Assembly (NCBI GenBank): GCA_964627505.1
Contig: CAZVKB010000006.1
Span: forward strand, 1-54,099
DNA length: 54,099 nucleotides
Direction of reading: 5' to 3'
Source of the DNA: an uncultured Actinomycetes bacterium
GTDB taxonomy: Bacteria > Actinomycetota > Actinomycetes > S36-B12 > UBA10799
A model generated the notes under the pieces. That model saw nothing but the letters and a program-made list of their open reading frames with translations, ran no database searches and was not told the DNA's origin. Of this stretch, positions 19,447-29,845 are shown in pieces. A program made the position numbers and the translations under genes. The first letter of the stretch is position 1; each line of letters starts with the position of its first letter.

Positions 19447-20556
19447 ATGAGCGGGCAGGAGACCACACGGGCTAGCGGTCTGCATATGACCATGCTGGGT
19501 ATGCCCGTGCGAGTGCCACTATCCGGCATCATCGGGGTAGGGATCATTGCTTGGCTATGGCTGCCGTCATTCGGCGATGACCTGCGTGGGGTGGTGGCGG
19601 CATTGGTGTTCGCGGTGCTGCTGTACGCGGGAATTCTGCTGCACGAGTTGGCCCACGGTCTGACCGCCCGGCGGTTGGGAAACCGGGTACACGGCATCAC
19701 GTTGTGGATTTTGGGTGGGTTCACCGTGTACGAGCGGGAACGGCTCACGGCTGGCAAAGAAGCGTTGATCGCGGCCAGCGGTCCCGCGACGACTTTGGCT
19801 TTGGCGGGTGTGAGTCAAGTGCTCGTATGGACCATCGGTGCGAGTTTGCCGCCGCTGGCCGCGGATGTGCTCACGGCTTTTGTCTGGACCAACGTGCTGC
19901 TCGGGGTGCTCAATTTGCTGCCCGGATTGCCGTTGGACGGGGGCGGGATTGTGCGAGCGCTGTTCTGGGGACTGACGGGCAGTGAGTACCGAGGCACCCA
20001 GGTAGCGGCATGGTCTGGTCGGATTCTTGCGGCGCTGATTGTCTTTTTGCCGATGATGCTGGCGCTCGTGCCCGGTTCCACGATCGACTTTTTGACTGTG
20101 GTCATTGCCGCCGTCTTCGGCATATTCATGTGGGCAGGTGCCACCGCTTCGCTGCGCAATGCCCGACTGGAACATCGTTTGCCGACCATCACAGCCGGAT
20201 CGTTGGCGCGCCGCGCGGTACCAGTGGCGGCCTCCGACTCAATCGCGCTGGTGATGTCCCGCATGGCCGATGCGCAGGCTGGTGCTGCTGTGATCACCAG
20301 CCCGACTGGCGTGCCGCTTGGGATTCTCAACGACGATGCCGTCACGGCCGTTCCGACGGAGCGGCGCGCATGGGTGCACGCTTCGGCGGCGATGAACTCG
20401 GTGTCCTCCGACAGTGGCGTTGGCGCTTGGGTCGGGGGCCGCGATCTGATCGCCGCCCTGCAGAGCGCGGGGGCACCGGCGGTGTTGGTGCGGGACGAGA
20501 GCGGCGCGATTTATGGGGTATTAGCGGTCAGTGATGTGGAAGCGGCGTTGCGCTGA
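19447..20556 (+). CDS. Site-2 (M50) metalloprotease with C-terminal CBS domains
   Basis: HELAH zinc motif, NLLPGLPLDGG, CBS-like C-terminus. Confidence 0.92.
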   Translation: MSGQETTRASGLHMTMLGMPVRVPLSGIIGVGIIAWLWLPSFGDDLRGVVAALVFAVLLYAGILLHELAHGLTARRLGNRVHGITLWILGGFTVYERERLTAGKEALIAASGPATTLALAGVSQVLVWTIGASLPPLAADVLTAFVWTNVLLGVLNLLPGLPLDGGGIVRALFWGLTGSEYRGTQVAAWSGRILAALIVFLPMMLALVPGSTIDFLTVVIAAVFGIFMWAGATASLRNARLEHRLPTITAGSLARRAVPVAASDSIALVMSRMADAQAGAAVITSPTGVPLGILNDDAVTAVPTERRAWVHASAAMNSVSSDSGVGAWVGGRDLIAALQSAGAPAVLVRDESGAIYGVLAVSDVEAALR

Positions 20557-20624
20557 CCCGCGGCGATGTCACAGGTAATTGTGTCGACCGGGCCGACGGA
20601 GACTCGCGCCGTGGTGCCGAGTTG

Positions 20625-20646
20625 TGTCGGAGGTTCTGCCTAGAGT
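20625..20646 (+). promoter_or_regulatory. PafBC-dependent (RecA-NDp) DNA-damage promoter, leaderless
   Basis: TGTCGG-N10-TAGAGT, 7 nt before ATG 20654. Exact match to TGTCGG-N10-TAnnnT. Confidence 0.8.
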
Positions 20647-20653
20647 CCTACCT

Positions 20654-21526
20654 ATGGCCGATTCCACGCTTTCCGATCCCGCGCGCTGGCGCACCGAGCG
20701 CCTCACGGGACACCCCGATTTGGGCGCGCTCTCGCCGTCCCGCGCAGCCGATTTCACCACCTGCCAGCTGCTCTATCGTTTCCGGACAATTGACCGATTG
20801 CCGTCCGTGCCTTCAGCGGCTGCACTGCGGGGCACGCTCGTACATGGGGTGTTGGAGTCGCTGTTTGATCTGCCGGCCGCCGATCGGGTGCTCGCGCAAG
20901 CTGTCGAGTTGTTGCCTGCGGCATGGACTGATCTAGTCGCGAAAGATCCTGAAGCCGCCGCGGTTGTTGCCTCGGAAACCACCATTCCGGAGTGGCTGCG
21001 GCAAGCCGAACCGTTGCTCTCGCGCTACTTCACGATGGAAGACCCCCGGTTGCTGCAACCGGCCTTCCGGGAACTGTTCGTGCAGACACAATTGCCGGAA
21101 GGGCCGTTGTTGCGAGGATTTATCGATCGGGTGGATATCTCCGAGCAGGCTGGGGTCCGCATCGTTGATTACAAGACCGGTAAGGCGCCCAGTCCGCGGT
21201 TTGAACAAAAGGCCATGTTCCAAATGCGGTTCTACGCGTTGATGGTGTGGCGGATCACGGGCGAGATGCCCGCGCTGCTGCAGTTGAACTATCTCGGCTC
21301 CGGCACTTTTTTGCGTCTGCAACCAGATGCGGATGATCTCAACGAGTTCGAAGCTAACTTGCGTAGCCTGTGGGAATCCATCTTGAGCGTGTACGAGACC
21401 GGGGACTGGCAACCTCAGCCCGGTCCGTTGTGCCCATGGTGCTCTTTCCACGAGTTCTGTCCTGCCCAAGGCGGTGCCCCACCCCCGCTGCCGACTTCGC
21501 AGGTGTCAGGTAGGTTCACCACATGA
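20654..21526 (+). CDS. RecB-family PD-(D/E)XK exonuclease (Rv2119-like)
   Basis: LSPSRAADFTTC, RGTLVH, RGFIDRVD, IVDYKTG, QMRFYAL, C-terminal CPWCSF..CP. Confidence 0.92.
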   Translation: MADSTLSDPARWRTERLTGHPDLGALSPSRAADFTTCQLLYRFRTIDRLPSVPSAAALRGTLVHGVLESLFDLPAADRVLAQAVELLPAAWTDLVAKDPEAAAVVASETTIPEWLRQAEPLLSRYFTMEDPRLLQPAFRELFVQTQLPEGPLLRGFIDRVDISEQAGVRIVDYKTGKAPSPRFEQKAMFQMRFYALMVWRITGEMPALLQLNYLGSGTFLRLQPDADDLNEFEANLRSLWESILSVYETGDWQPQPGPLCPWCSFHEFCPAQGGAPPPLPTSQVSGRFTT

Positions 21527-22281
21527 CCACAGACACTCGCCAATCGGCGGCCAGCGCCGCCGGACTGACCAAGATATACGGGCAGGGCAGCACCGAAGTG
21601 GTGGCTCTGGATCAGGTCGATGTGGAATTGGCCGCAGGCGAATTCACGGCCATCATGGGCCCTTCCGGTTCCGGCAAGAGCACACTCATGCATTGTCTGG
21701 CCGGGCTCGACTCGCTGACCTCAGGATCAGCATTTCTCGGCGGCACATCGCTGGCCGAACTCTCCGACAAAGCGCTCACGCGACTGCGTCGGGATGAAGT
21801 GGGATTCGTGTTTCAGAGTTTCAATCTGATCCCCACCCTCACCGCAGCGGAAAATATCACCCTGCCGCTCAGTATCGCGGGCAAGAGTCCGGATCAGGAG
21901 TGGTTCAACACCGTCATCGACACGATTGGGTTGCGCGACCGGTTGGACCACCGCCCCAGTGAACTCTCTGGTGGGCAGCAGCAACGCGTCGCCTGTGCCC
22001 GCGCGATCGTGAGCAAGCCGACCATCATCTTTGCCGACGAACCCACCGGAAACTTGGACTCCACGTCTTCGGCCGAAGTGCTTGGCTTCCTGCGGCGCAG
22101 CGTGGATGAGTTTTCCCAGACCGTGGTGATGGTGACGCACGATCCGGGTGCAGCCGCCTATGCCGACCGCGTGATCTTTTTGAAAGATGGTCGGATCGTG
22201 GCCGAGTTGCGGGAACCATCCCGCGACGGTGTGCTCGATCAGATGAAGCGCCTAGACGAAGTCACCCAGGGGGCGAACTAA
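21523..22281 (+). CDS. ABC transporter ATP-binding protein (LolD/MacB-like)
   Basis: GPSGSGKST, LSGGQQQRVA, ADEPTGNLD. ATGA overlap with the nuclease gene. Confidence 0.95.
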   Translation: MTTDTRQSAASAAGLTKIYGQGSTEVVALDQVDVELAAGEFTAIMGPSGSGKSTLMHCLAGLDSLTSGSAFLGGTSLAELSDKALTRLRRDEVGFVFQSFNLIPTLTAAENITLPLSIAGKSPDQEWFNTVIDTIGLRDRLDHRPSELSGGQQQRVACARAIVSKPTIIFADEPTGNLDSTSSAEVLGFLRRSVDEFSQTVVMVTHDPGAAAYADRVIFLKDGRIVAELREPSRDGVLDQMKRLDEVTQGAN

Positions 22282-22284
22282 CCG

Positions 22285-24837
22285 ATGTGGCGCGCAACGC
22301 TGCGTTCCCTAGTCGCCTACAAGTTGCGATTGGCGCTCTCTGCCCTCGCGATCGTCTTGGGTGTGGCTTTCGTGGCTGGCACGTTTGTGTTCACCGATTC
22401 GTTGAAGCAGGCGTTCAATGACCTCACGAAGGGTGGACAAGCTGACTTGGTGGTGGAACCGGCCACCAGTTTTGACTCCCGATTCACCGAAGATGTCGCC
22501 CCGCTGACACTGCCCGACACGTTGGTTTCCACAATCGCCGGTGTCCCCGAGGCAGCGGCTGCTGCGGGTGTGGTCCAGGTACAAAACGTGATCGTGCTTG
22601 GCCCCGACGGCAAGCCGGTGGGTGGTCAAGCCGGCCCCGGCAGTATTGGTTCTGGCGAAAGCTGGATCGTCGACCCGTCACTGCAGGAGTGGAAACTAGT
22701 CTCGGGAGTTGCGGGTGAGGATGCAAATAGCGTCGTCGTGGACGAAACAACAGCCACCGACGCTGGCCTCACGGTGGGAGCGCCAGTAACTGTGTTGCTC
22801 CCTGATGGGACGACTGTGACCCCCACGGTGACCGGTATCGCCGAACCCACCTTGGCCCGATTTGGTCCGGGGGGTTCCGTGGTGCTGTGGGATTTGGCCT
22901 CTGCGCAAACCCTGCTGGGGACACCCGGTCAAGTGTCGAACGTCCGGGTGGCGGCTGCCCCCGATGTCACGCAAAACCAGTTGCAGGCGGCCGTCGCTCC
23001 GTTGCTGCCAGCGAACGCGGTCAGCCAGACCGGTGAACAGATCTCCAGTGACATTTCCGAACAACTCGATGAGCGGTTGAGTTTTCTGAACACGTTCCTC
23101 CTGGTATTCGGTCTGATCTCACTGTTCGTGTCGGCTTTTTTGATCTACAACACCTTCTCGATTTTGGTGGCGCAGCGCACCAAAGAACTGGCGCTGCTGC
23201 GCGCCATCGGGGCGACCCGAAGTCAGGTGTCGCGTGCGGTGCTGGTGGAGGCACTGGCCGTGGCGTTGGTAGCCACCACAGTCGGCCTGGTCCTGGGTGC
23301 TGGCGTGGCCGTGGGTCTGAAGGCGTTTTTTGCTGCTGCGGGCGCGCCCCTGCCAGGTTCTGGACTGGTGTTTCTCCCGCGGACTTTTGTGGTGTCGTAT
23401 GCCATCGGCGTCATCATCACTTTGGTGAGTGCCTTTATCCCCGCCCAGCGCGCCTCGGCGATTCCGCCGGTGGCTGCCATGCGGGAAGAGTCCACGCCGG
23501 CGGCGAAATCGCTGGTGACCAGGGGTGTGGTTGGTGGCGTACTCGTGGTGGTCGCCATCGGCCTTGCGGTAGTCGCGTTGACTTCGGATGCCGAAGGGTC
23601 CACCAGCGTGACGCTGGTGGGTTTGAGTGCGCTGTCCGCGCTGCTCGGTGCTCTGGCGCTGGCGCCGGTGGTCGCCCTAGTGCTGGTGCCACTGCTGGGG
23701 GCACCGTTCCGCTCGGCAATCGGCGCACTGGCCAAAGAGAACGCCCGCCGCAATCCACGGCGCACTGCAGCCACAGCTGGTGCGCTCATGATTGGTCTGG
23801 CTCTGATCTCGGCGATGAGTGTGCTTGCGGCATCTACGGTGAAATCCACCGATGCCGTGGTCGATGATGTCATCGGGGCGGATTTCGTCATCCTCGGTTC
23901 GTCGTTTCAACCATTCCCGCCCGCGGTGTACACCGCCACCTCGGAGGTGCCGGGTGTGAACGTCGCCACCTACGCCCGCACCGCACTCGCGCAAGTACCG
24001 GGTGGCGATGGCGACGGATCCTTCATCACGGTGATCGACCCCGCGCTGATCAGCGAGGTGCTCACATTGACCATGGTCAGTGGCTCGTTGGCAGATCTGG
24101 AGACCCCTGGGACCGTTGTCGTGGATTCCGGCACCGCCACAGACCAGCGGTTGGCGGTGGGTGACGAATTGACTTTCACCACGCTCACCGGGGAAGTACC
24201 GGTACGCGTGGTCGGTACGTATGAGTCTGCTGGGTTCTTCTCCGGCTTTGCTGCGGGGTACGCCACAGGCGACCTGTTGGGTGCGCCCAACCTGGACACG
24301 GCTATCTACTTGGAAGCCGCGCCGGATGCCGACTTGGGTGACGTGCGGGCTGGCCTTGAGGCTGCCATCGCGCCCTACCCGATCGTGACCCTGCAGGATC
24401 AGAGCGAACTCAAGGATCAGATCCGCAGCCAAATCAACCAACTGTTCGCGTTTATCATCGCCTTGCTGGTGCTAGCCGTCTTTATTGCCTTCCTCGGCAT
24501 CATCAACACACTGGCCCTGAGTGTGTTTGAGCGGACGCGGGAGATCGGCTTGCTGCGGGCGGTGGGCACCACCCGGGCCCAGGTGCGGCGCATGATTCTG
24601 ATCGAGTCGGTGCTCATTGCCGTGTTGGGTGGCGTGTTGGGATTGGTGTTGGGTGTGGCTTATGGGGTCGGACTACAACGCGTCTTGGCCGACGATGGCA
24701 TTAGCGAACTGGGCATCGACGTGCCGCAACTGCTGATGTTCCTGGTGGTTTCGGCCGTAGGCGGTGTGGTGGCGGCACTGTGGCCGGCGTACCGGGCGGC
24801 CAAACTCAATGTGCTGGCTGCGATCGCAACGGAGTAG
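22285..24837 (+). CDS. ABC transporter permease, double FtsX-type
   Basis: 850 aa, two FtsX halves (NTFSILVAQRTKELALLRAIGA; NTLALSVFERTREIGLLRAVG). Confidence 0.93.
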   Translation: MWRATLRSLVAYKLRLALSALAIVLGVAFVAGTFVFTDSLKQAFNDLTKGGQADLVVEPATSFDSRFTEDVAPLTLPDTLVSTIAGVPEAAAAAGVVQVQNVIVLGPDGKPVGGQAGPGSIGSGESWIVDPSLQEWKLVSGVAGEDANSVVVDETTATDAGLTVGAPVTVLLPDGTTVTPTVTGIAEPTLARFGPGGSVVLWDLASAQTLLGTPGQVSNVRVAAAPDVTQNQLQAAVAPLLPANAVSQTGEQISSDISEQLDERLSFLNTFLLVFGLISLFVSAFLIYNTFSILVAQRTKELALLRAIGATRSQVSRAVLVEALAVALVATTVGLVLGAGVAVGLKAFFAAAGAPLPGSGLVFLPRTFVVSYAIGVIITLVSAFIPAQRASAIPPVAAMREESTPAAKSLVTRGVVGGVLVVVAIGLAVVALTSDAEGSTSVTLVGLSALSALLGALALAPVVALVLVPLLGAPFRSAIGALAKENARRNPRRTAATAGALMIGLALISAMSVLAASTVKSTDAVVDDVIGADFVILGSSFQPFPPAVYTATSEVPGVNVATYARTALAQVPGGDGDGSFITVIDPALISEVLTLTMVSGSLADLETPGTVVVDSGTATDQRLAVGDELTFTTLTGEVPVRVVGTYESAGFFSGFAAGYATGDLLGAPNLDTAIYLEAAPDADLGDVRAGLEAAIAPYPIVTLQDQSELKDQIRSQINQLFAFIIALLVLAVFIAFLGIINTLALSVFERTREIGLLRAVGTTRAQVRRMILIESVLIAVLGGVLGLVLGVAYGVGLQRVLADDGISELGIDVPQLLMFLVVSAVGGVVAALWPAYRAAKLNVLAAIATE

Positions 24838-24901
24838 CCAGCAGTTGTGCCGCGGCACCCAATGGGCAGTCCCTCATGGGGCAAGAGCGTTACCCGCTAG
24901 C

Positions 24902-25231
24902 TCAGCTTGATTCACCGTCAGACCGATCTGAGGTCGCCACCCGCGTGGGTGACGCCGGCAACTCCGGCTGATATTGCGCTATCACCGTCGGCAGCGCTAC
25001 GTCTTTTGTGCGCTCGCGTCCAGCGTTGGCGACCACGACGGCCAGGTAGGGTAATGCGACCGCACCGACCACCAGCACCCAGCGCAGCCACCCGTCAGTG
25101 AACACAGCTCCCAGAAAGCAGAATGTTCTGATCGCCATCGACCACAAGTACCGTTTGGTGCGGGCGCTCTGATCGACGGAGAGGGCAACCTGGGCGTTGG
25201 TGATCTGATAGACCTGATCCCTGGGTGCCAT
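24902..25231 (-). CDS. DUF3099 family small membrane protein
   Basis: ITNA...RYLWSMAIRTFCF...LPYLAVVVAN. Start ATG 25231, 6 nt after TACCGT. Confidence 0.85.
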   Translation of the reverse strand: MAPRDQVYQITNAQVALSVDQSARTKRYLWSMAIRTFCFLGAVFTDGWLRWVLVVGAVALPYLAVVVANAGRERTKDVALPTVIAQYQPELPASPTRVATSDRSDGESS

Positions 25232-25336
25232 AAGGTAACGGTAAACCCAACGGGTCACGTCCACCACCCGGCCACCACGGGTACCCGGGAGTGTCGAAGC
25301 CCCCATGTCACGCACGCAGTCGAAGGAGCAAGTGTC

Positions 25337-25555
25337 ATGTCCAGCCGCACGTACAGTCTTACGGAAATTGTCGGTACCTCCACCGAAAGCGTCGATGACG
25401 CCATCCGCAACGCCATGTCTCGCGCGGCGGCCTCACTGCGGCACCTCGACTGGTTTGAAGTCACAGATATCCGCGGCCATGTTCGTGACGGTGAAGTTCG
25501 GCACTTCCAAGTCACGATGAAGGTGGGATTCCGACTGGAAGACCCCACGCCGTGA
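25337..25555 (+). CDS. Dodecin (flavin-binding)
   Basis: TYSLTEIVGTS...LDWFEV..IRGHV..G.V.HFQVTMKVGFRLED. AAGGAG RBS. Confidence 0.95.
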   Translation: MSSRTYSLTEIVGTSTESVDDAIRNAMSRAAASLRHLDWFEVTDIRGHVRDGEVRHFQVTMKVGFRLEDPTP

Positions 25556-25615
25556 TTCTCGACACCGCACGCCTGGACCATCGGCTGCTTCGAGCGGCGG
25601 CGTAGGCTAGCCCTC

Positions 25616-26392
25616 GTGTTCGCGTTTCTGCTGCGCCCGAAGTGGGTGATCTTCACAGTGCTCGTGCCCGTGGGCATGGTGCTGTGTCTGCTGGCTGCTG
25701 ATTGGCAATATGACCGCCATGTGGCACGCAGCGCGATGAATGTGCAGGTGGACGCCAGTTCCGCAGCAGCAGCGGCCCCAATTTCCGAACTGATGCCCCC
25801 GGGTGAGTCTTTTCCGAGTGAAGTTGAGTATCGCACCGCTGCCGCCGTTGGCACATTTGTCGGCCCCGATGTGTTGGTGCGCAAACAAGTCCTCGACAGC
25901 GCCCCCGGCTATTGGGTGGTCAATGCCCTGCGCACAGAATCTGGTGCGGTGTTGCAAGTCCTACGCGGGTGGGTTCCCCTGGGTGATAACGCCCGTACGA
26001 GTCCTTCCGTCCCTGCACCGCCCACGGGGCAAGTCACGGTGGTCGGCTGGCTCGCGCCATCGCAGACTATGCCGAACCCGGCGCCCACTGATCTCCCCCC
26101 GGGACAGGTGGTGGCCTTGGACACAGCCGTGTTAGCTGCTGGCCAAGTTACCTACCCGGCATATCTGGTGGCCACCGCGATGGATCCGGCGGATGCCGCA
26201 GGTCTCAAACCGGTTCCGGTCCCCCGCCCCGGTTTCGGTCCGCACCTGGCCTACTCCTGGCAATGGATCTTTTTTGCCTTGCTCCTCCCGGTTGGCTGGG
26301 TGCTGATGGTGCGCCGGGAAATCAAAGAGAGCGCCGAAGAACGTGAACAATCCCCGTCACGTGCACAGAGCTCACATGCGGCATCATCATGA
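25616..26392 (+). CDS. SURF1 family protein
   Basis: FLLRPKW, WQYDRH, GYWVVNAL, RGWVP, GPHLAYSWQWIFF. Confidence 0.9.
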   Translation: MFAFLLRPKWVIFTVLVPVGMVLCLLAADWQYDRHVARSAMNVQVDASSAAAAAPISELMPPGESFPSEVEYRTAAAVGTFVGPDVLVRKQVLDSAPGYWVVNALRTESGAVLQVLRGWVPLGDNARTSPSVPAPPTGQVTVVGWLAPSQTMPNPAPTDLPPGQVVALDTAVLAAGQVTYPAYLVATAMDPADAAGLKPVPVPRPGFGPHLAYSWQWIFFALLLPVGWVLMVRREIKESAEEREQSPSRAQSSHAASS

Positions 26393-27165
26393 GCATGTCT
26401 GCCGCGCTCACCCACCGCACGTACATAATTTCCGGTGGCAGCCGAGGCCTGGGCTACGCGACGGCTTCAGCCTTGGTGGCAGCCGACGCCAATGTGGTCC
26501 TGCTCGCTCGCCCCAGCGCGGACCTCGACGCAGCCGCGGCCGAACTCGGCACTGACCATTGTCTGGTTTTGCCTGGGGACTTGGGTGACCCGGAAGTGGC
26601 AGAGCGGGCGGTCGCGGCAGCGGCCTCCCGCTTTGGGCGGCTTGATGGGGCTTTGCTCAACACCGGCGGTCCGGCGCCATCATCGGCGAGCGGTACCTCG
26701 GATGAGCAGTGGTTGACGGCTTTCGCTGCTGTCTTCATCGCGCCGATGCGACTGGCCAGAGCCGTGGCAACGGCAATACCCAGCGCCCCGCACGAGGATG
26801 CCGCCCTGCTGTTCACACTGAGTTCGTCGGTTTTCCGACCGTTGCGAGGTTTGGCCGCTAGCAATGGGCTGCGGCCTGGATTGGCAAGTCTGATTCGGGA
26901 ACTTGCCGAAGAGTGGGGACCCAACGGCGTTCGGGTGAATGGAATCGCCCCAGGACGAATCGACACCGAACGGGTGCGGGCTTTGGATGCGCGCAGCGGT
27001 GATCCGGATGAGGTCCGCCGCGAGCGCGAGGCGCATATTCCGTTGCGCCGTTATGGCCGTCCAGCGGAGTTCGGCGCCGTAGCAGCCTTCCTGCTATCAC
27101 CCGCCGCTTCCTACATCACCGGTGCCGTCATCCCCGTGGATGGTGGCGCAACATTCAATCCGTGA
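26389..27165 (+). CDS. SDR family oxidoreductase
   Basis: SGGSRGLG, NTGGP, SNGLRPGL, RVNGIAPGRIDT, VDGG. Confidence 0.9.
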   Translation: MSMSAALTHRTYIISGGSRGLGYATASALVAADANVVLLARPSADLDAAAAELGTDHCLVLPGDLGDPEVAERAVAAAASRFGRLDGALLNTGGPAPSSASGTSDEQWLTAFAAVFIAPMRLARAVATAIPSAPHEDAALLFTLSSSVFRPLRGLAASNGLRPGLASLIRELAEEWGPNGVRVNGIAPGRIDTERVRALDARSGDPDEVRREREAHIPLRRYGRPAEFGAVAAFLLSPAASYITGAVIPVDGGATFNP

Positions 27166-29041
27166 CGTCGGTTTTCGTCTCGTGTGCGAATTGCGTGCGA
27201 TACAGGTCGGCGTATAGCCCACCGACGGTCATGAGTTCGTCGTGTGTTCCCCGCTGCACCACCCGGCCTGCCGCCACCACCAGAATCTGGTCGGCGGCGC
27301 GAATGGTGGACAGCCGGTGGGCGATCACCAGCGACGTGCGGCCAGCCAGAGCGTTGGCCAGAGCTTGTTGAACTGCCGCTTCGCTCTCACTGTCCAGGTG
27401 GGCGGTTGCCTCATCGAGCACCACCACCCGCGGCTCCTTGAGCAGCAGCCGCGCCAAGGCCAAACGTTGTTTCTCACCACCAGAGAGACGGTGACCCCGA
27501 TCGCCGACCACGGTGTCTAGGCCATCAGGCAACGAACGCACCAGCGTCGCGATCTGAGCAGCCTCCAACGCCTCCCACACCTGCTCCTCAGTGGCATCGT
27601 CTCGGGCGTACAACAGATTGTCCCGGATGGACTCGTGAAACAGATGCGCTTCCTGTGTCACATAGCCCACCGCGGATCGCAACGATGTGCCGCGTACCTC
27701 GCGGACGTCCATGCCGCCCACCTCAACTTCGCCGCTCGTCGCGTCGTACAGACGGGCGACCAACGCGGTAATCGTCGTCTTGCCGGCGCCACTCGGTCCC
27801 ACCAATGCCGTCAACGTGCCGGCTGCGGCCTCAAACGAGACGCCGTTGAGAACATCCGTCGTGGGGGCGGTTTCGGCTCGGGCTACCGACTCCAATGAGG
27901 CCAACGACACCTCAGCCGCTGTGGGATAGCGGAATTGCACATCCGAGAACCGCACCGCCAAGGGTCCCTCCGGCAGTGCCTGCGCATCAGGCGCATCGCG
28001 CACCAGCGGCGGCAGGTCCAGCACCTCGAACACCCGGTCGAAACTCACCAGGGCAGTCATGACGTCGACGCGCACGTTCGAGAGCGCCGTGAGCGGACCG
28101 TATAACTGGGCCAGCAGCCCGGTCAGTGCGATTAATGTTCCCAGGGTGATCGCACCTTGGATCACCGCGTTGCCGCCGAAGCCGTAGGTCAGGACTGTCG
28201 CCAACGCAGCCACAAGCGACAGAGCAGTGAAAAAGTACCGATTGGCCATGGCGATCTGGACACCGATGTCGCGCACCCGAGCGGCCCGACTGGCAAAGCC
28301 GGAGGCTTCGCGGTCGTGGTCACCGAACAGTTTCACCAACAGCGCCCCGGCTACGTTGAAACGCTCTGTCATCTGCGACGACATATCGGCGTTCAACTGC
28401 ATCTGTTCGCGGGTGAGTGCCTGCAACCGGCGGCCCATCCAGCGGGCTGGCAGCAGAAACAGCGGCAGCAGCACCAGTGCACCGAGCGTGATCCGCCAAT
28501 CCAGCAACAGCATGGTGATCAACACCACGACCACGCTGATCAGATTGCCCAACACCCCGGAGAGCGTGGAGGTGAACGCCTGCTGCGCCCCGATCACATC
28601 GCTGTTGAGTCGCGAGACCAGGGCTCCCGTCTGGGCACGGGTGAAGAAGGCCACAGACTGGGTTTGCACATGGTCGAACACTTCGGTGCGAAGGTCAAAA
28701 ATCAAACCTTCACCAATCCGCGAGGAATACCAGCGGCTCACGAGTCCCAGGCCCGCATCTACAAGGGCCACTACACCGGCAATAACCGCGGTCCACGTCA
28801 CCACCGCCGCATTGCCGGGGGTGATGCCATCGTCAATAATCCGACGAAACAGCAGCGGTTGCGCCACAGTCAGCGCTGCATCAATCACCAGCAGCACGAT
28901 GAAAGCGATGATGAGCGGACGGTATCCGCGGGCGTAACCAAGAATTCGCCGCCACGTGCCGCGCGAGATCTTGGCTTTCGTGACAGAACGATCGCGGGTG
29001 AACGAGCGCAGGGTGGTGAACGGCCCACCCGCCATGGACAC
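27155..29041 (-). CDS. ABC exporter, fused permease/ATPase
   Basis: Six-TM ABC membrane domain, GPSGAGKTT, LSGGEKQRL, LDEATAHLD. Start may be ATG 29035. Confidence 0.93.
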   Translation of the reverse strand: MSMAGGPFTTLRSFTRDRSVTKAKISRGTWRRILGYARGYRPLIIAFIVLLVIDAALTVAQPLLFRRIIDDGITPGNAAVVTWTAVIAGVVALVDAGLGLVSRWYSSRIGEGLIFDLRTEVFDHVQTQSVAFFTRAQTGALVSRLNSDVIGAQQAFTSTLSGVLGNLISVVVVLITMLLLDWRITLGALVLLPLFLLPARWMGRRLQALTREQMQLNADMSSQMTERFNVAGALLVKLFGDHDREASGFASRAARVRDIGVQIAMANRYFFTALSLVAALATVLTYGFGGNAVIQGAITLGTLIALTGLLAQLYGPLTALSNVRVDVMTALVSFDRVFEVLDLPPLVRDAPDAQALPEGPLAVRFSDVQFRYPTAAEVSLASLESVARAETAPTTDVLNGVSFEAAAGTLTALVGPSGAGKTTITALVARLYDATSGEVEVGGMDVREVRGTSLRSAVGYVTQEAHLFHESIRDNLLYARDDATEEQVWEALEAAQIATLVRSLPDGLDTVVGDRGHRLSGGEKQRLALARLLLKEPRVVVLDEATAHLDSESEAAVQQALANALAGRTSLVIAHRLSTIRAADQILVVAAGRVVQRGTHDELMTVGGLYADLYRTQFAHETKTDVTD

Positions 29042-29047
29042 GCGGGC

Positions 29048-29845
29048 TCAGCCCTTCAGCAACTCGGCCAGTTCCATGATGCGACCACGCTGCGCGCCCC
29101 GCTCAGCTGCCGCTTGCTCCAGGTGAGTCCGCCCGGCCACTCCACGTAGCAACTCCAGTACCGCTGAGGTGGCGTGGGGCATCGCGGCCAGAATCGCTGC
29201 CGCCAGGTCATCTGCGACCGCCCCCAATTCCGACTCCGGCACACACGCCAAAGCCAGACCGAGCTCAGCGGCTTCAGCGCCAGAAACGGCCCGGCCGGTA
29301 AGACACAATTCCAGTGCCCGGCGCTGCCCGACGGCTTGCGTCAAGGGCCAGGTGCCACCTAGATCGGGCACCAAGCCAAGCTGTATCTCTTTCATCGACA
29401 ACGACGCAGTGTCGGCCACCACCATCAGGTCGCAGGCCAGCGCCAATTGGAAACCAGCTCCAATCGCGTGCCCCTGCACGGCGGCGATGGTCACCACAGG
29501 TCGCTGCCGCCACCACAAAAAGGCCTGTTGATAGCGAGCAATCGTGGCGTCGCACTCGTCGGCCTCCACCGTGGCCAGGTCCGCCAGCGATGGCTCGCCA
29601 GGAATGCCGGGGCCGAACATGCGGCGGTCCAGTCCCGCGCTAAACGACTTACCATTTCCGCGCAGAATCACCACCCGGGCTCCCTCAGGCAGATCATTAC
29701 CGAGCGCCGTAAGGGCCTCCCACATACCTGGGGTCTGAGCGTTGCGACTATCTGGCTTGTCCAGGGTGACCCGCACAATCGGACCTTCCACAGTGGCGAC
29801 GACGCCGGCTGCGGAAAGCAGGTGCTGGGTTTGGGCGCTTGTCAG
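29048..29845 (-). CDS. Enoyl-CoA hydratase/isomerase (crotonase family), probable CTG start
   Basis: SFSAGLD, QGHAIGAGFQLALACD, E..LGLVPDLGG. First canonical start is GTG 29791, but the frame is open to CTG 29845, which has GGAGG 5 nt upstream. Confidence 0.88.
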   Translation of the reverse strand: MTSAQTQHLLSAAGVVATVEGPIVRVTLDKPDSRNAQTPGMWEALTALGNDLPEGARVVILRGNGKSFSAGLDRRMFGPGIPGEPSLADLATVEADECDATIARYQQAFLWWRQRPVVTIAAVQGHAIGAGFQLALACDLMVVADTASLSMKEIQLGLVPDLGGTWPLTQAVGQRRALELCLTGRAVSGAEAAELGLALACVPESELGAVADDLAAAILAAMPHATSAVLELLRGVAGRTHLEQAAAERGAQRGRIMELAELLKG

